The notes under the pieces: generated by a model
What the model saw: only the letters and a program-made list of their open reading frames with translations
The model's database searches: none
What the model was told of the DNA's origin: nothing
Position numbers and translations under genes: made by a program
Shown here: in pieces, positions 38,953 to 49,570 of the stretch
Layout of the letters: every line of letters begins with the position of its first letter
Numbering within the stretch: position 1 is the stretch's first letter
From: Desulfatiglandales bacterium
GTDB taxonomy: Bacteria; Desulfobacterota; DSM-4660; Desulfatiglandales; HGW-15
Direction: 5' to 3'
DNA length: 64,000 nucleotides
Assembly: GCA_963667015.2 (NCBI GenBank)
Contig: CAXXJJ010000004.1
Coordinates: 1,760,001 to 1,824,000, forward strand

Positions 38953-39816
38953 TTATTTAGATTTTCTGATTTCCGAGACAAGAATCCCAAGCAGTATCAG
39001 ACTTCCACCAACCCATTCCTTTGCGGAGAAACTCTGATCCAGAATTACAAATGAAAATACAGTAGCAAACACAGGCTCAAGGCTGAAAATCAGAGCTGTG
39101 TGATTGGGATTGGAATATTGCTGGGCCCATCCCTGGATGAAAAATGCCAAGGCCGTGGCAAGAACCCCCAGCACAAAGAGATAGAAAAGCAGATAGGGGT
39201 CCCAGATAATAAAAGGTGACTCCAGCAAGGGTGCCATAACCGAACATAGAATTGCGCTGCAGGCCATCATTACAAAAATCAGACGGCGGTAGTTGGTCTG
39301 CCGGACAAAACGTCCCAGAAACAGGATATGAAAGGCAAACATAAAGGCGCATATCAGCGTTAAAAAATCTCCCGAATGCATGCTGAAGTCGCTTGAGTCT
39401 GCCAGCAGAAGGACCAGTCCCACTGTTGCCATGAGAACGCCGATGACAATCTGGACTGATGACCTGTGACGAAAAATCAGAAAGCCCAGGACCGGGACAA
39501 GGAGAACACACAGGCTGGTAATAAATGCGGAATTTGACGGAGTGGTGTCGCGCAGCCCCAGTGTCTGAAGCACAAAGCCTCCAAGAAAGGCCAGGGACAG
39601 GAGAAAACCCTTCAGGATGGTTCGTGAATCGATATACCGAAACTGTCCCGGCATAACGGCGGCAATTACCACGGCTGCTATCCAGAATCTCAGAGAAACA
39701 AGCGTTAAGGGAGAAACCAGTAGAAGAGCTTTTTTAACGATAGTGAAGGTACTGCCCCATATAATTGTAATAAAAATCAGTAAAATATCAGCCTGTACCA
39801 GCCTGCTTATCTTCAT
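38953..39816 (-). CDS. DMT/EamA family transporter
   Basis: IWGSTF..RF, NSAFITSL, LIFSLEPVFA; about ten TM helices. Confidence 0.92.
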   Translation of the reverse strand: MKISRLVQADILLIFITIIWGSTFTIVKKALLLVSPLTLVSLRFWIAAVVIAAVMPGQFRYIDSRTILKGFLLSLAFLGGFVLQTLGLRDTTPSNSAFITSLCVLLVPVLGFLIFRHRSSVQIVIGVLMATVGLVLLLADSSDFSMHSGDFLTLICAFMFAFHILFLGRFVRQTNYRRLIFVMMACSAILCSVMAPLLESPFIIWDPYLLFYLFVLGVLATALAFFIQGWAQQYSNPNHTALIFSLEPVFATVFSFVILDQSFSAKEWVGGSLILLGILVSEIRKSK

Positions 39817-40222
39817 ATTTCCTGTCCGCTCATAATTTAGAATCCACAAAAATAAAAAAAGAGTTAACAATAAATTGCTAACTCCCTGATTTTAAACGGT
39901 AGACCTAACAGTGCCAGCTTTCCTTCATAATTTCAATCTTTTATCATATCCCGCAGCCCGATAGCTACTATTTTTTCACATTCTCCCATAATCGCCTTAA
40001 AAGTAGAACTATACTTTTCCTTTCAAATAAAAATGAAGGTTACAAAACCATGGCGTAATTAATCACAATACCGGATGATCGTGTATTCTTGACTTACAAG
40101 TCAAAACTCTCCTATACTCGCATCTCAAAAAGGAACCTCTTATCAATTCAAATGGCACTTATAGCAGTTTTGGTAATTGCACACCTCTATCGAAATGACG
40201 ATACCGCGTCGGAGGAAGAATC

Positions 40223-40765
40223 ATGAAATCAGTTTTAATTATTGCCATCTCCCTATTTACTGTTTCACTCTCTGGCCAAGCCGAGCCGCCATCTCTGGAA
40301 AGCTGCGCAGCTATCGAACATCCGTTAGAGCGTCTTGCTTGCTATGACACACTGGCCGGCCGTTTACCTGCTGATACAGCGAAAGCAAGTGAAATAGAGA
40401 CCAACGTGGTTGATCCCGTAGCACCCAATTCCGACGACAATGTTCCGACTGTTCCTGCCGTGACGTCAACTGTCCCCGCATTAGAGAAGACGCAGGATGC
40501 AGAAGCTATCTTCGGATTAGAACATAAACAGGGAAAGGATCGGCCTGATAAACTAAAACTTAAGTGGACCAAGAAAGAGAAAGACGGTTTTGGCAAGTGG
40601 ATCATTACCCTGGAAAATGGACAGGTATGGCGCCAGACCGAAAGCAGGCGTTTCAGCTTCCTAAATTCGGAGCAGTGGGTAGTTATCTATCGAGGCGCTT
40701 TGGGTTCATTCTTTATGGGAGAGCCGGAGAGCCATATACGGACCCGTGTAAAGAGAGTCAAATAA
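40223..40765 (+). CDS. Exported hypothetical protein
   Basis: Signal peptide; CAAI..ERLACYD and ITLENGQVWRQ motifs; GGAGG RBS; sigma70-like TTGACT-N18-TATACT at 40089-40118. Confidence 0.75.
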   Translation: MKSVLIIAISLFTVSLSGQAEPPSLESCAAIEHPLERLACYDTLAGRLPADTAKASEIETNVVDPVAPNSDDNVPTVPAVTSTVPALEKTQDAEAIFGLEHKQGKDRPDKLKLKWTKKEKDGFGKWIITLENGQVWRQTESRRFSFLNSEQWVVIYRGALGSFFMGEPESHIRTRVKRVK

Positions 40766-40979
40766 TGTGGAATGAGTGGCGGTGTCACCATACCCACGGC
40801 AAAACCTGGGGTTTACCTTAAAGAAGTTAACTTTTATCTGGAAATACTTTAAAGCACCTGAAAATACTTCTTGGAGGAATGAGTCAACTCCCTATGTACT
40901 CCCAAAGTTTTAGAATGTTTCCGGCGTTTGAAAAGAAAACGCTATTAAAACTCACCGGATTTATACAACATAATCTTTG

Positions 40980-42122
40980 CTATTCCTTATGTGCTCCGCA
41001 TGACTGTCTAACTACCAGAGTTGAGTGGACAAGAATATCACGGGGAGGAAGTTTTGAATTATCTATCCTCTCCAGCATAACCTGCATAGCAATAGTCCCA
41101 ATTTCTGTACAGGGTTGATGAATAGTAGTCAGAGATGGCCGCAGCAGTTCCGCATAGCGGACATCGTCGAAACCGGCTACCCGGATTTTTTGGGGAACGG
41201 CATATCCAAGAGCATCAAGTGTTCGCATAAGGTTTGCTGCGGTCAGATCATTAGCGCAGATTATGGCGGTTGCTCCGCTCTCTGCAATACCTCTTACCAG
41301 TTTCTCATCAGTCGGATCTACACTGTGAATCCATTCAGGATCAGGTGATATCCCATTTTTAAAAAGAGCTTCGCGATATCCGGCTATACGAAGCATTACT
41401 GTTGGAGCAGAGCCCGGTCTGGATAGAAAGTCTACCCTCCTGCATCCAAGATTTATTAGATGACTTGTTACAAGAAAACCAGCCTGGCGATTATCAATAC
41501 CAACCAGGTCCAAATTACTCCTCTGTGGAAACGGGACAATATCCCTGTCCAGAAGGACAATCGGTATTCCGGCAGACTGCATGGCAGCAATTACCGATCG
41601 GTTAACACGATCTTTGTCTTCTGTCAGTTCCAGAGGTGCAAAAAATACACCGGCAACCCCTTGCCGAATATAGCTGTCACAGACCTGCTCAATTAAATCA
41701 CGATCCGGTTCACCCTGTCTTTCACCAAAATCACCCCATAAGAGTGTATGGTGTTGCTTCTGGGCAAGACGCGCGAGCTGACCGCAAATAGGTTCAAATA
41801 TTTCGGTGCTTCCGAGCCCGGGTATAAGGAGTCCGAAATGCCATGATTTGCCCTTCTTCTGAGTTCTATTAACATATGTCCCGGACCCAACTTTACGTTC
41901 AACCAGTCCCATATTCTGAAGATCGTGCAAAGCACGGGCAACCGTAGGGCGTGATGCTCCGAATTGTTTTACCAGTTCGGCCTCAGTGGGAAGGCGATCT
42001 CCTTCCTTGAGTTTTCCTGACTCAATATTTTCAAGGACATGTTCGAAAACCAGGCGATGTTTTGTTTTTTTATGCCCTGTTTTTTCATTTTCCGGGAAAT
42101 TCAGGCTTTGCGTCTTGGTCAT
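40980..42122 (-). CDS. GntR-HTH / LacI-type sugar-binding regulator (AraR-like)
   Basis: GDRLPTEAEL..SRPTVARAL..GSGTYV; IDNRQAG, ICAND, GFDD, LTTIHQP. Confidence 0.92.
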   Translation of the reverse strand: MTKTQSLNFPENEKTGHKKTKHRLVFEHVLENIESGKLKEGDRLPTEAELVKQFGASRPTVARALHDLQNMGLVERKVGSGTYVNRTQKKGKSWHFGLLIPGLGSTEIFEPICGQLARLAQKQHHTLLWGDFGERQGEPDRDLIEQVCDSYIRQGVAGVFFAPLELTEDKDRVNRSVIAAMQSAGIPIVLLDRDIVPFPQRSNLDLVGIDNRQAGFLVTSHLINLGCRRVDFLSRPGSAPTVMLRIAGYREALFKNGISPDPEWIHSVDPTDEKLVRGIAESGATAIICANDLTAANLMRTLDALGYAVPQKIRVAGFDDVRYAELLRPSLTTIHQPCTEIGTIAMQVMLERIDNSKLPPRDILVHSTLVVRQSCGAHKE

Positions 42123-42571
42123 TTTTTCTCCTCTGATTGAAATTGATATTACATATTCTCTGAAGAATATGTCAATACAACTTTATGTCTCGCTCGACAT
42201 CATTTCAGAACGATCTGTAATTAAATGCTAAAATAGATCTATCTATTTGTTTTTTATTTTAATTTATGAAAAAAACAGGTGTAATAATTTTGAAAATATC
42301 TCAAGGATAAATCAATAAAGAGATAACAATCGGAGTTCTTTTTATTGACAATAAGCTATCATTTATAGCAAAAATGATCTGACATTATCAGGGTTTAAGA
42401 CATCAAATGAGTCTCCTCCCTGAAACGATAAAGTCGAACAAAATAAAATTTTGCAGGAGCCTGATTCAGGATACTGGATATCTAAGACTAAACAGGTAAA
42501 ACAATGGCATCCTTTTTATCCAGATTCAAGGATACTATTCAAATATAAAAGAAGGTATTAAAACTTTAAAA

Positions 42572-43591
42572 ATGTCTAAATTTCTAAAAAAATCAACCCC
42601 TCTTATTTTTGCAGGTATCGGAGAGGTACTATTTGATATTTTTGAAGATGGAACAGAAACTCTCGGAGGAGCCCCCCTTAATTTTGCTGTTCATGTACAC
42701 CAGCTTGCACGCCAGCTTGGAGTCGGTCAGGGAATTATTGTAAGCTCAATCAACTCTTCTGATACCAGGGGCCATAAAATCATAGAATCCCTCGAAAGGC
42801 GCAATATTTCGACACGCTACATAGGAGAGGATGCCCACCATCCCACAGGTCTTGTTTCAGTATACATGAAAAATGGAGAACCGGGTTACCAGATTGAGGC
42901 TGAAGCAGCATGGGATTATATTTCATATAAACCAGAGCTTATGGAACTGGCGGGTCAGTGTTCGGCTATATGTTTCGGCAGCCTGGCCCAGAGATCCAGT
43001 CTATCCAGGAGCACCATTCGAAGTTTCCTTGCTAATTCTCCGCCAGAGGCGATACGCCTCTACGACGTAAACCTGAGGCAAAATACATTAACCGGAGAAG
43101 CCGGGTATTCTCAGGAAATCATAGGCTACAGCTGTCAAACTGCCACCATCTTAAAAGCAAACCAGTCAGAACTGTTCCAGATATTTGATATACTGGAAAT
43201 AAAGTGCCCCTCAGACAATTCTATTGAAGGGATCAAAAGGAGAATGGAGATACTCCTTGACAGATTTCCGGTAAAAACGATTATCATCACACGTGGAGAC
43301 AGGGGAACACTTGCACTGGATAAGGACGGAGAATTTGATTTGACCCGGCTCGAACCTGCGGAAAGCACACCCAATCCCGTGGGTGCAGGAGATGCCTGCT
43401 CTGCCGGAATTTTATTCGGCCTCACCCTTGGCTGGGACATTCATAAAACCATGGAACTGGCCAACCGAATGGGAGCGGATGTCGCAGGCCACCCATCGGC
43501 CACTCCCCCGCTTTCAGAAGATACAATTAAATTTGCTAAAGAAAATTTAAATGGTCCTACTATGTCATTCCGAACGAAGAGAAAAATCTGA
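42572..43591 (+). CDS. PfkB family carbohydrate kinase (fructokinase-like)
   Basis: GEVLFD, LGGAPLNFA, FGSLAQRS, DVNLR, VGAGDA. Confidence 0.9.
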   Translation: MSKFLKKSTPLIFAGIGEVLFDIFEDGTETLGGAPLNFAVHVHQLARQLGVGQGIIVSSINSSDTRGHKIIESLERRNISTRYIGEDAHHPTGLVSVYMKNGEPGYQIEAEAAWDYISYKPELMELAGQCSAICFGSLAQRSSLSRSTIRSFLANSPPEAIRLYDVNLRQNTLTGEAGYSQEIIGYSCQTATILKANQSELFQIFDILEIKCPSDNSIEGIKRRMEILLDRFPVKTIIITRGDRGTLALDKDGEFDLTRLEPAESTPNPVGAGDACSAGILFGLTLGWDIHKTMELANRMGADVAGHPSATPPLSEDTIKFAKENLNGPTMSFRTKRKI

Positions 43592-43688
43592 TTGTGCCGG
43601 ATCTGGATAAGTACAAGATTTCTCCCTATTGTCGAAATAGAACGAAGGAACTATACCTTGCAACTTGCGTCCTGAACCCTGCCTATCT

Positions 43689-45038
43689 TTATTTTTTCAC
43701 CTCATAGATAAGATCCAGAATCCCATTAACAATAGCATTTTCTGCATATCCGGGTTTACATCTGGATGAAAGCACCTCAAAGGTCTGGTAACCGAATGCG
43801 GCATCATTTGGGATATACCCGGAATTTGCCATTCCATTTGTAATTGTTACCAGCATGGTCCCTGCTAAAGGCGATTCCTTTTTAAAGCGCTGGGCAATCA
43901 GGTTAAATACTTCGGCATTGACCGTTCCAAGGGCAATATCATCTATCATTAAAAGTCCCAGGCGAAGTTCAACCGGATCCCCGTCCTTATAGGTCCCTTC
44001 ATATCCGGCACGGCCTTTGTTTGTCTGATCACGCCCTGGAAAGCTGACTATTTTCTGCCTTCCTGATATCCTGCCGCTCTCTGACATGCGCTCCATACCG
44101 CGCATTACATGCATGACCTCTTCACCGAGAAACTGCCCCATGGAAAGAATCATCTGCTTTTGCTGGTTCATGAGCCTCATTACAGTGGGATCCTGTTTGT
44201 TTAAGCCCTGACCTCCCGGAGGCATGGCATTACTTATGTCGATTCCCCTTTTTGCATAATCCTTTATCCGTATCTCCCGAAGATCATAGGTCTGCTGAAA
44301 ATAGATCGGGTTTTGATCCCCGCATGCACCTGTTGACCACACAGCCACTATTTTATCGTCAAATGAATCTTCAATATATCTTGATGCAGCTCCGGGTGCG
44401 TCTCCGCTGATTTTATCCAGCTGCCCCACAGTAACGGCGTGCATGGCATAATTATAATATACAGCTATAGGTTCGCCATTTAACGACTCTAACTTTACAA
44501 CGGCGACTGTCTTGTCTGATGGTCCATCATAATTAGGTCCTTCCCACCAGGTCCTTGTTTTTGGATCAATGATATTTCGGTTGACGTTGATATAGGAAAC
44601 TCCTGTTCCATACCCTATGCGTGCGGGTTGAAGTCTTTCCTTTGCCATTTTTACGGATTTAAAAATTTTGTCTTCCAGATCAGGATCCGGCCCCATAACA
44701 CCGCTGTGTGTATGGGTTGCAGTCAGCAGTATATTTTCTGCAGGGATGCCCAGTTCTTTTTCTATTTTCTGTGTCAGATTTTTCCATAGCTGCTCAAAGA
44801 GCATACCTGTATCCACTGTAACGAGGGCTGCACTGGTTTCACCATTATCAATCACAATGGCCCTGGAGTAGAGCCTGTCATGAATTCCTTCAATATTTTT
44901 GGGTAGTTTATTTTCATCAGGTGTCGTATCAACTTTGGCAGCACCTGCCTTGAAAGACAGATCAGGAGTTTCAGCCGATGCCCCACAGGCTACCATCAGG
45001 ATAAAGAGTGTTAATAGGATGGTGAATGATTTTTTCAT
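43689..45038 (-). CDS. Neutral/alkaline ceramidase-like amidohydrolase, exported
   Basis: IHDRLYSRA, ATHTHSG, NRN, NYAMHA, GACGDQNP; signal peptide from ATG 45038. Confidence 0.8.
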   Translation of the reverse strand: MKKSFTILLTLFILMVACGASAETPDLSFKAGAAKVDTTPDENKLPKNIEGIHDRLYSRAIVIDNGETSAALVTVDTGMLFEQLWKNLTQKIEKELGIPAENILLTATHTHSGVMGPDPDLEDKIFKSVKMAKERLQPARIGYGTGVSYINVNRNIIDPKTRTWWEGPNYDGPSDKTVAVVKLESLNGEPIAVYYNYAMHAVTVGQLDKISGDAPGAASRYIEDSFDDKIVAVWSTGACGDQNPIYFQQTYDLREIRIKDYAKRGIDISNAMPPGGQGLNKQDPTVMRLMNQQKQMILSMGQFLGEEVMHVMRGMERMSESGRISGRQKIVSFPGRDQTNKGRAGYEGTYKDGDPVELRLGLLMIDDIALGTVNAEVFNLIAQRFKKESPLAGTMLVTITNGMANSGYIPNDAAFGYQTFEVLSSRCKPGYAENAIVNGILDLIYEVKK

Positions 45039-45136
45039 TTTTATACTCCATTTATTTATGGTCAAATATTCCCGGTATTGTTTTCAGTCAATACCTGTCA
45101 GAGCTTAAAAATAGTAATTCAAACTACAGAATCAAC

Positions 45137-45937
45137 TTATTTGAGCGCTTTTTCTATCTCTTTTTCAATCACCCCGGTCATTATCCTGTAACCTTCAGCA
45201 TTGGGATGAATACCGTCTTCCGATATATTCTCCTTCAGAAATCCCTTTTCATCCACCGTTGCACTGAAATAATCCACATAGACAGCGCCGGCTTTTGAAG
45301 CGTAATCCTTCAGCCATGCATTCAACTTGAGAATATCCTCAGTAGGATGGGTAGCTGTTACCGGATCTTTCATATATGAGGGTAACTTGCCGCTGGCTTT
45401 GGCCTTGTAAAATCCATAGTCACTTACAGGCAGGACAGAGCACAGAAGAACCTTTATGTTGTTTTGTTTCGCAATATCTGTCATGGCCATTATATTCTGC
45501 TCTACCATCTCTGCAGTTGAAGGCCCGGTGTTCTGGGAAACATCGTTGATCCCTGCCAGTATTACCAAGGCTGCCGGTTTATGCACTATTACATCAGGAT
45601 ACATACGTACCAGCATCTGAGGTGTTGTCTGTCCGCTTATGCCGCGGTTCACATATAATTTGTTCGGAAAATACTCTGCCAGTTTCCAGAAGTCGGTAAT
45701 TGAGTCGCCCATAAATACTACCCGCCCTGGATCATAGGGTTTCTTTTTAAGTTCCTGGTTATCCGCCTGGTATCTGCTGAGCTGGTTCCAGTCTTTAAGC
45801 TGGTCTACTACCCTCTGGGCAAAGATAGGAAGGCAGCAGCTGTTGTCCTCCTGAACAAACTCCTCAACCAGCTGGCCTTGCGCGGACACACTAAAAAGAA
45901 GACCAATCAATAACAGAAATGATATCTTGTATTTCAT
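45137..45937 (-). CDS. SGNH/GDSL hydrolase, exported
   Basis: FMGDSITD, NRGISGQTT, GIND, DGIHP. Real start is ATG 45937; the ORF-track extension runs through a REP element. Confidence 0.92.
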   Translation of the reverse strand: MKYKISFLLLIGLLFSVSAQGQLVEEFVQEDNSCCLPIFAQRVVDQLKDWNQLSRYQADNQELKKKPYDPGRVVFMGDSITDFWKLAEYFPNKLYVNRGISGQTTPQMLVRMYPDVIVHKPAALVILAGINDVSQNTGPSTAEMVEQNIMAMTDIAKQNNIKVLLCSVLPVSDYGFYKAKASGKLPSYMKDPVTATHPTEDILKLNAWLKDYASKAGAVYVDYFSATVDEKGFLKENISEDGIHPNAEGYRIMTGVIEKEIEKALK

Positions 45938-45956
45938 TTTTAACTCCTTATTACTC

Positions 45957-46093
45957 GTAGGGGCACGGCGAGCCGTGCCCTGATGGTTGAACCCATGAAT
46001 GGCTTTATTAATATAATAGCTCATTTATAAGATTCCGCCTATAACACATTTTTACGTACATTGATCAACGGGCACAGTGCGCTGTGCCCCTAC
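45957..46093. repeat. Inverted GTAG-type REP doublet (REPIN-like)
   Basis: GTAG-GGGCACGGC-GA-GCCGTGCCC at 45957-45980 and, inverted, GTAG-GGGCACAGC-GC-ACTGTGCCC at 46070-46093. Confidence 0.85.
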
Positions 46094-46135
46094 AATTCTA
46101 ATTATTCGCTGAAAGCTGAATGCTGAAAGCTTTCA

Positions 46136-47359
46136 TCAATACTCGCTCGAATCCAGTTCTGCCAGTCTCTTTTTCGCTGGGTTATAAATCCAGTTTAAAA
46201 ATGTCCCGGCAAAAAGTAGCCCTGCGAAACCGGTCGCAAGGATAAAACCGTATTTCGGATCACCGAACATATCACTTATAACACCCATGGCCCATGGTCC
46301 TGCAGCCGCTGAAACGCAGGTAAAAAACAGGATCACACCGGCAACAGCCCCATGCTCTGTCTTTGGAAAACAGCTTATACCTTTTGAATTAAGTGTCGGA
46401 TAGATCATGGACATAAAAAGACCTGAAAGGGGAAGCAGCCAGATCCCATAGGAAAGACCGCCTATCATCGATCCGATAAAACAGATAAAGATTGCAAAAC
46501 TGAATAGAGCCATTACAGATGTCCAGCTGAAACGGGCAAGCACCCAGGCTCCCATAAAACGCCCGATGACCCGCAGGATAAAAAATATGGATGTAGCATA
46601 TGCAACTATAAAGGCAAAAGAACCAGTATACCCCTCAAACAGTGTAGGCATCCAGACATATATTGCGCACTCCGCTGCTACATATAAAAATATTCCCAGA
46701 GAAAATCCCAGGGCATAGGGGTTCTTCATCATACCCATGGTCCTTTTCAGGTCTATGGGCTCATCCATGGACTTAACTGTCTTTGGATATCTTACAAGTG
46801 AAGCGGTTATAATTAATATAACACAGATTGTACCGGCGATTATATAGATCCATTTCCATGAAAAATCGCGAGAAAGGAGCCAGGTAACAATTGCAGGCCC
46901 TATGATTGCCCCAACACCGAAGAAACCTTCAACCATATTCATTGTTGCTGTATGCTCGGTTGTTGAACTGGAGATATCACCCACAAGTGCCAGGGCTCCT
47001 GTTTTAAATATACCGATTGCTGCTCCAGAGATAACAAGCAGCACAACAAAAAACAAAAAACTATTCCCTACGGAAAAAAGGTATGAATTCAGAGCAAAAA
47101 GAATCAAACCTAATATAATGGTTTTTTTACGCCCAAGTCTATCAGCAAGATACCCGAGAAAGATTCCCGCCAGAGCTATAGCTATCATGTTTGCATAGTG
47201 AAATGCACCTGCAGCCGTCATGCTTAGCTTAATTTCCTCGATTACCTCAGGGATAATAAGACCTACTGAATCTGTAGTCATGGCAAACATGAGGAACATC
47301 AGATAGGTGAGCCATTTGATTGCTGTAAGATTGTGTTTATGGGATACAGATGCGTCCAT
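46136..47359 (-). CDS. MFS sugar transporter (FucP-like)
   Basis: About twelve TM helices; GYLADRLGRKK motif A; directly downstream of sucrose phosphorylase. Confidence 0.9.
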   Translation of the reverse strand: MDASVSHKHNLTAIKWLTYLMFLMFAMTTDSVGLIIPEVIEEIKLSMTAAGAFHYANMIAIALAGIFLGYLADRLGRKKTIILGLILFALNSYLFSVGNSFLFFVVLLVISGAAIGIFKTGALALVGDISSSTTEHTATMNMVEGFFGVGAIIGPAIVTWLLSRDFSWKWIYIIAGTICVILIITASLVRYPKTVKSMDEPIDLKRTMGMMKNPYALGFSLGIFLYVAAECAIYVWMPTLFEGYTGSFAFIVAYATSIFFILRVIGRFMGAWVLARFSWTSVMALFSFAIFICFIGSMIGGLSYGIWLLPLSGLFMSMIYPTLNSKGISCFPKTEHGAVAGVILFFTCVSAAAGPWAMGVISDMFGDPKYGFILATGFAGLLFAGTFLNWIYNPAKKRLAELDSSEY

Positions 47360-47402
47360 AGTAATACCTCTTATAGTTTATGAAATGTACTAATTTATCC
47401 TG

Positions 47403-48866
47403 TTACCTGATATATCTGATTTCTTCCTTCAGGCCTGTGCCTGTGATAACTGCAACAAAAGCGGCCAGGTCTACGTGAAGCATTATCCAGCTTTCATTAT
47501 GCGTCCATCTCATTTCCAGAAGATTATCTTCTGGAGCTTCAACATGGAATTCACCGTTAAAGGCAGGATGACTGTTCCTGAGCCGAATCAATTCGATAAG
47601 TTTCTGTACAAGCGGCTGATCGAGTGCGTTTTCGATTTCATCATCCGTATAATAATGACGGTTGATATCACGCCCCACTTTTGAGGTTTCAAGGAGTTTC
47701 ATATCATTCCTGCCTCCCAGAAGCCCTGTATAATAGACCTGCGGGATCCCGGGGGCAAAAAACTGTATTGCCCTGGCAATCAGATATTCGATTTCGCCAC
47801 CTCCCAGGGCATCAAGATATGTGCAGTTTACCTGGTAAAGATCCAGATTGTTGGCAGCTGCACCTGTAGCCTTTTTGCTCTGGCCATTGCTTTTAATATG
47901 TATTGTTTCAACCAGATTATCTATTTCATCAGGAACGAGAAGACCCGGTGTTCCATCCACATCATCAGCACCCACATCAATAACCCCTATTCCATCATGG
48001 GTGTCCAGCACAGTTACGGCATTCCGAGGACTGATTGAAAGCCACTTTACCAGGGGCCCGGAATCCGCATTAAACAGCGCATGGAGAACCAGCGGCGGCA
48101 GCGCAAAGTCATAAACCCAATCAACCCTTTTCGCAATCTCAATCTGTTTAAGGTAATGGCTGTGAATTTCAACAAGGACCTCGATACCAAGGTTGCGGGC
48201 CTTATCTGTAAGTTCGGATATAAAATCAAATGTTTCCGGAATCATGAAGCAGCTGGTTCCAGGCTTTTTTATTGCATAGCCCACTGCATCGAGCCGTATC
48301 ATCTTTACGCCTGCGGTCTGAAACTTCTGAAGAATCGAATCAAGATATTTTTCAGCTTTTGGGTGACGCACATCAATATCTATCTGTTCCGGATTAAAGG
48401 TGGTCCAGAATAATCTTTTTTCACCCGTTAAGAGCATGAGAGGGCTGAAAGGGACGGTAGGTCGAGGGCGATATATGCTCAGGATATCAGATTCAGTTGC
48501 ACCGTCGGGAAATACCCGGTCAATGGTAAGAAACATCCCTGCGTACTCGGATGTCTCTCCATTTTTCGAATAATCAAGGAACTGGGGAGATGATGACGAT
48601 ACATGGTTCACAATAAGGTCTGCTACCAGCTCAACTGTGTTGCCCAGTTCCCGTACATCATCCCAGGTGCCCAGTTTTGCATCCACCATAGTATGATCGA
48701 TAGGATCAAAACCGGCATCTGCACCATCAATAGGAGTAAAAAAAGGAAGCAGGTGGGCGCCGCCGAAAATATCTGCGAGTGGTCCCTTTAACAGGTTGTT
48801 AAGTTGATTAAAACCTCCGCCGGAAAGGCGGTCGACATAGGTAATGAGCTGAACCTGGTTTTTCAT
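47403..48866 (-). CDS. gtfA: Sucrose phosphorylase (GH13_18)
   Basis: MKNQVQLITYVDR, GADAGFDP, YRPRP, RLDAVGY, EIH, TVLDTHDGIG and the NLDLYQVN loop typical of sucrose phosphorylases. Confidence 0.9.
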   Translation of the reverse strand: MKNQVQLITYVDRLSGGGFNQLNNLLKGPLADIFGGAHLLPFFTPIDGADAGFDPIDHTMVDAKLGTWDDVRELGNTVELVADLIVNHVSSSSPQFLDYSKNGETSEYAGMFLTIDRVFPDGATESDILSIYRPRPTVPFSPLMLLTGEKRLFWTTFNPEQIDIDVRHPKAEKYLDSILQKFQTAGVKMIRLDAVGYAIKKPGTSCFMIPETFDFISELTDKARNLGIEVLVEIHSHYLKQIEIAKRVDWVYDFALPPLVLHALFNADSGPLVKWLSISPRNAVTVLDTHDGIGVIDVGADDVDGTPGLLVPDEIDNLVETIHIKSNGQSKKATGAAANNLDLYQVNCTYLDALGGGEIEYLIARAIQFFAPGIPQVYYTGLLGGRNDMKLLETSKVGRDINRHYYTDDEIENALDQPLVQKLIELIRLRNSHPAFNGEFHVEAPEDNLLEMRWTHNESWIMLHVDLAAFVAVITGTGLKEEIRYIR

Positions 48867-49168
48867 GGTTATCCCTTTCCTCTCAAGTTGTATGTTCAGG
48901 ATAATACATGTCACATCACGGACATTCTTAATTTAAGCAGGAATATAACATTACATATTTATCTTACAACCTCTACCAGATTGTATTTACTAATGTCAAT
49001 GCATTTTCATATAACATAAAACCTGCAGGACAGATCCAGGAATAGTAACGGATACCATATTATGTTGCATCCTGGATCATCGGGAATTATATCTCGCCTA
49101 CTGCCTGTGGCCATTAAACAGACTTTATTTGTAATTACATTTAAGACTTATTTGTAATATTTATATCC

Positions 49169-49197
49169 TTGACAATTATACATCCCAAAAGTAATAT
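49169..49197 (+). promoter_or_regulatory. sigma70-type promoter of the esterase operon, with upstream direct repeats
   Basis: TTGACA-N17-TAATAT; TTATTTGTAAT repeated at 49125 and 49148. Confidence 0.55.
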
Positions 49198-49268
49198 TCC
49201 GTTTTGATATAGCCTGTTAAAAATCGTCTTTTTCTATAGAAAGCCCAACCAGTAAATGGAGGCCTGAA

Positions 49269-49544
49269 ATGTCACATGGCTATTCACGACAAAAGCTTTC
49301 TATATTAATACTGATATCCGTATCCATTTTATTATTTTTAATGCCGGACAGGATTCACGCCAAACCTGTTAAAACCGAAAATGGGCAGGTTCAGGGTACA
49401 GTCGAGGATAGCCTGAGATTATACAGGGGTGTCCCCTATGCCGCTCATACAACCGGCCCGTTAAACGGGATGATCCCGCCTCCGCCCGGCAAGGGAGGAA
49501 AGGGATACTTAAGTAATATTGATCTCCATCTGCAGGTTAAATGA
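49269..49544 (+). pseudogene. Carboxylesterase type B N-terminal fragment
   Basis: Signal peptide plus VKTENGQVQG..YRGVPYAA, then similarity is lost and the ORF stops at 91 aa; full-length family members are several hundred aa. Confidence 0.75.
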
Positions 49545-49570
49545 TTTAAAAGAAAGGATCAAATTCAGTC

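Noticed and set aside
39855..39912. Hairpin plus GGTAGACCTAACAG resembling a tRNA 3'-end attachment-site remnant
   Set aside because: The match is too short, CCA is imperfect, and no partner repeat or integrase is in the window.
40037..40045. Third TGTAACC box as another ECF promoter
   Set aside because: No CGTT at the 15-nt spacing.
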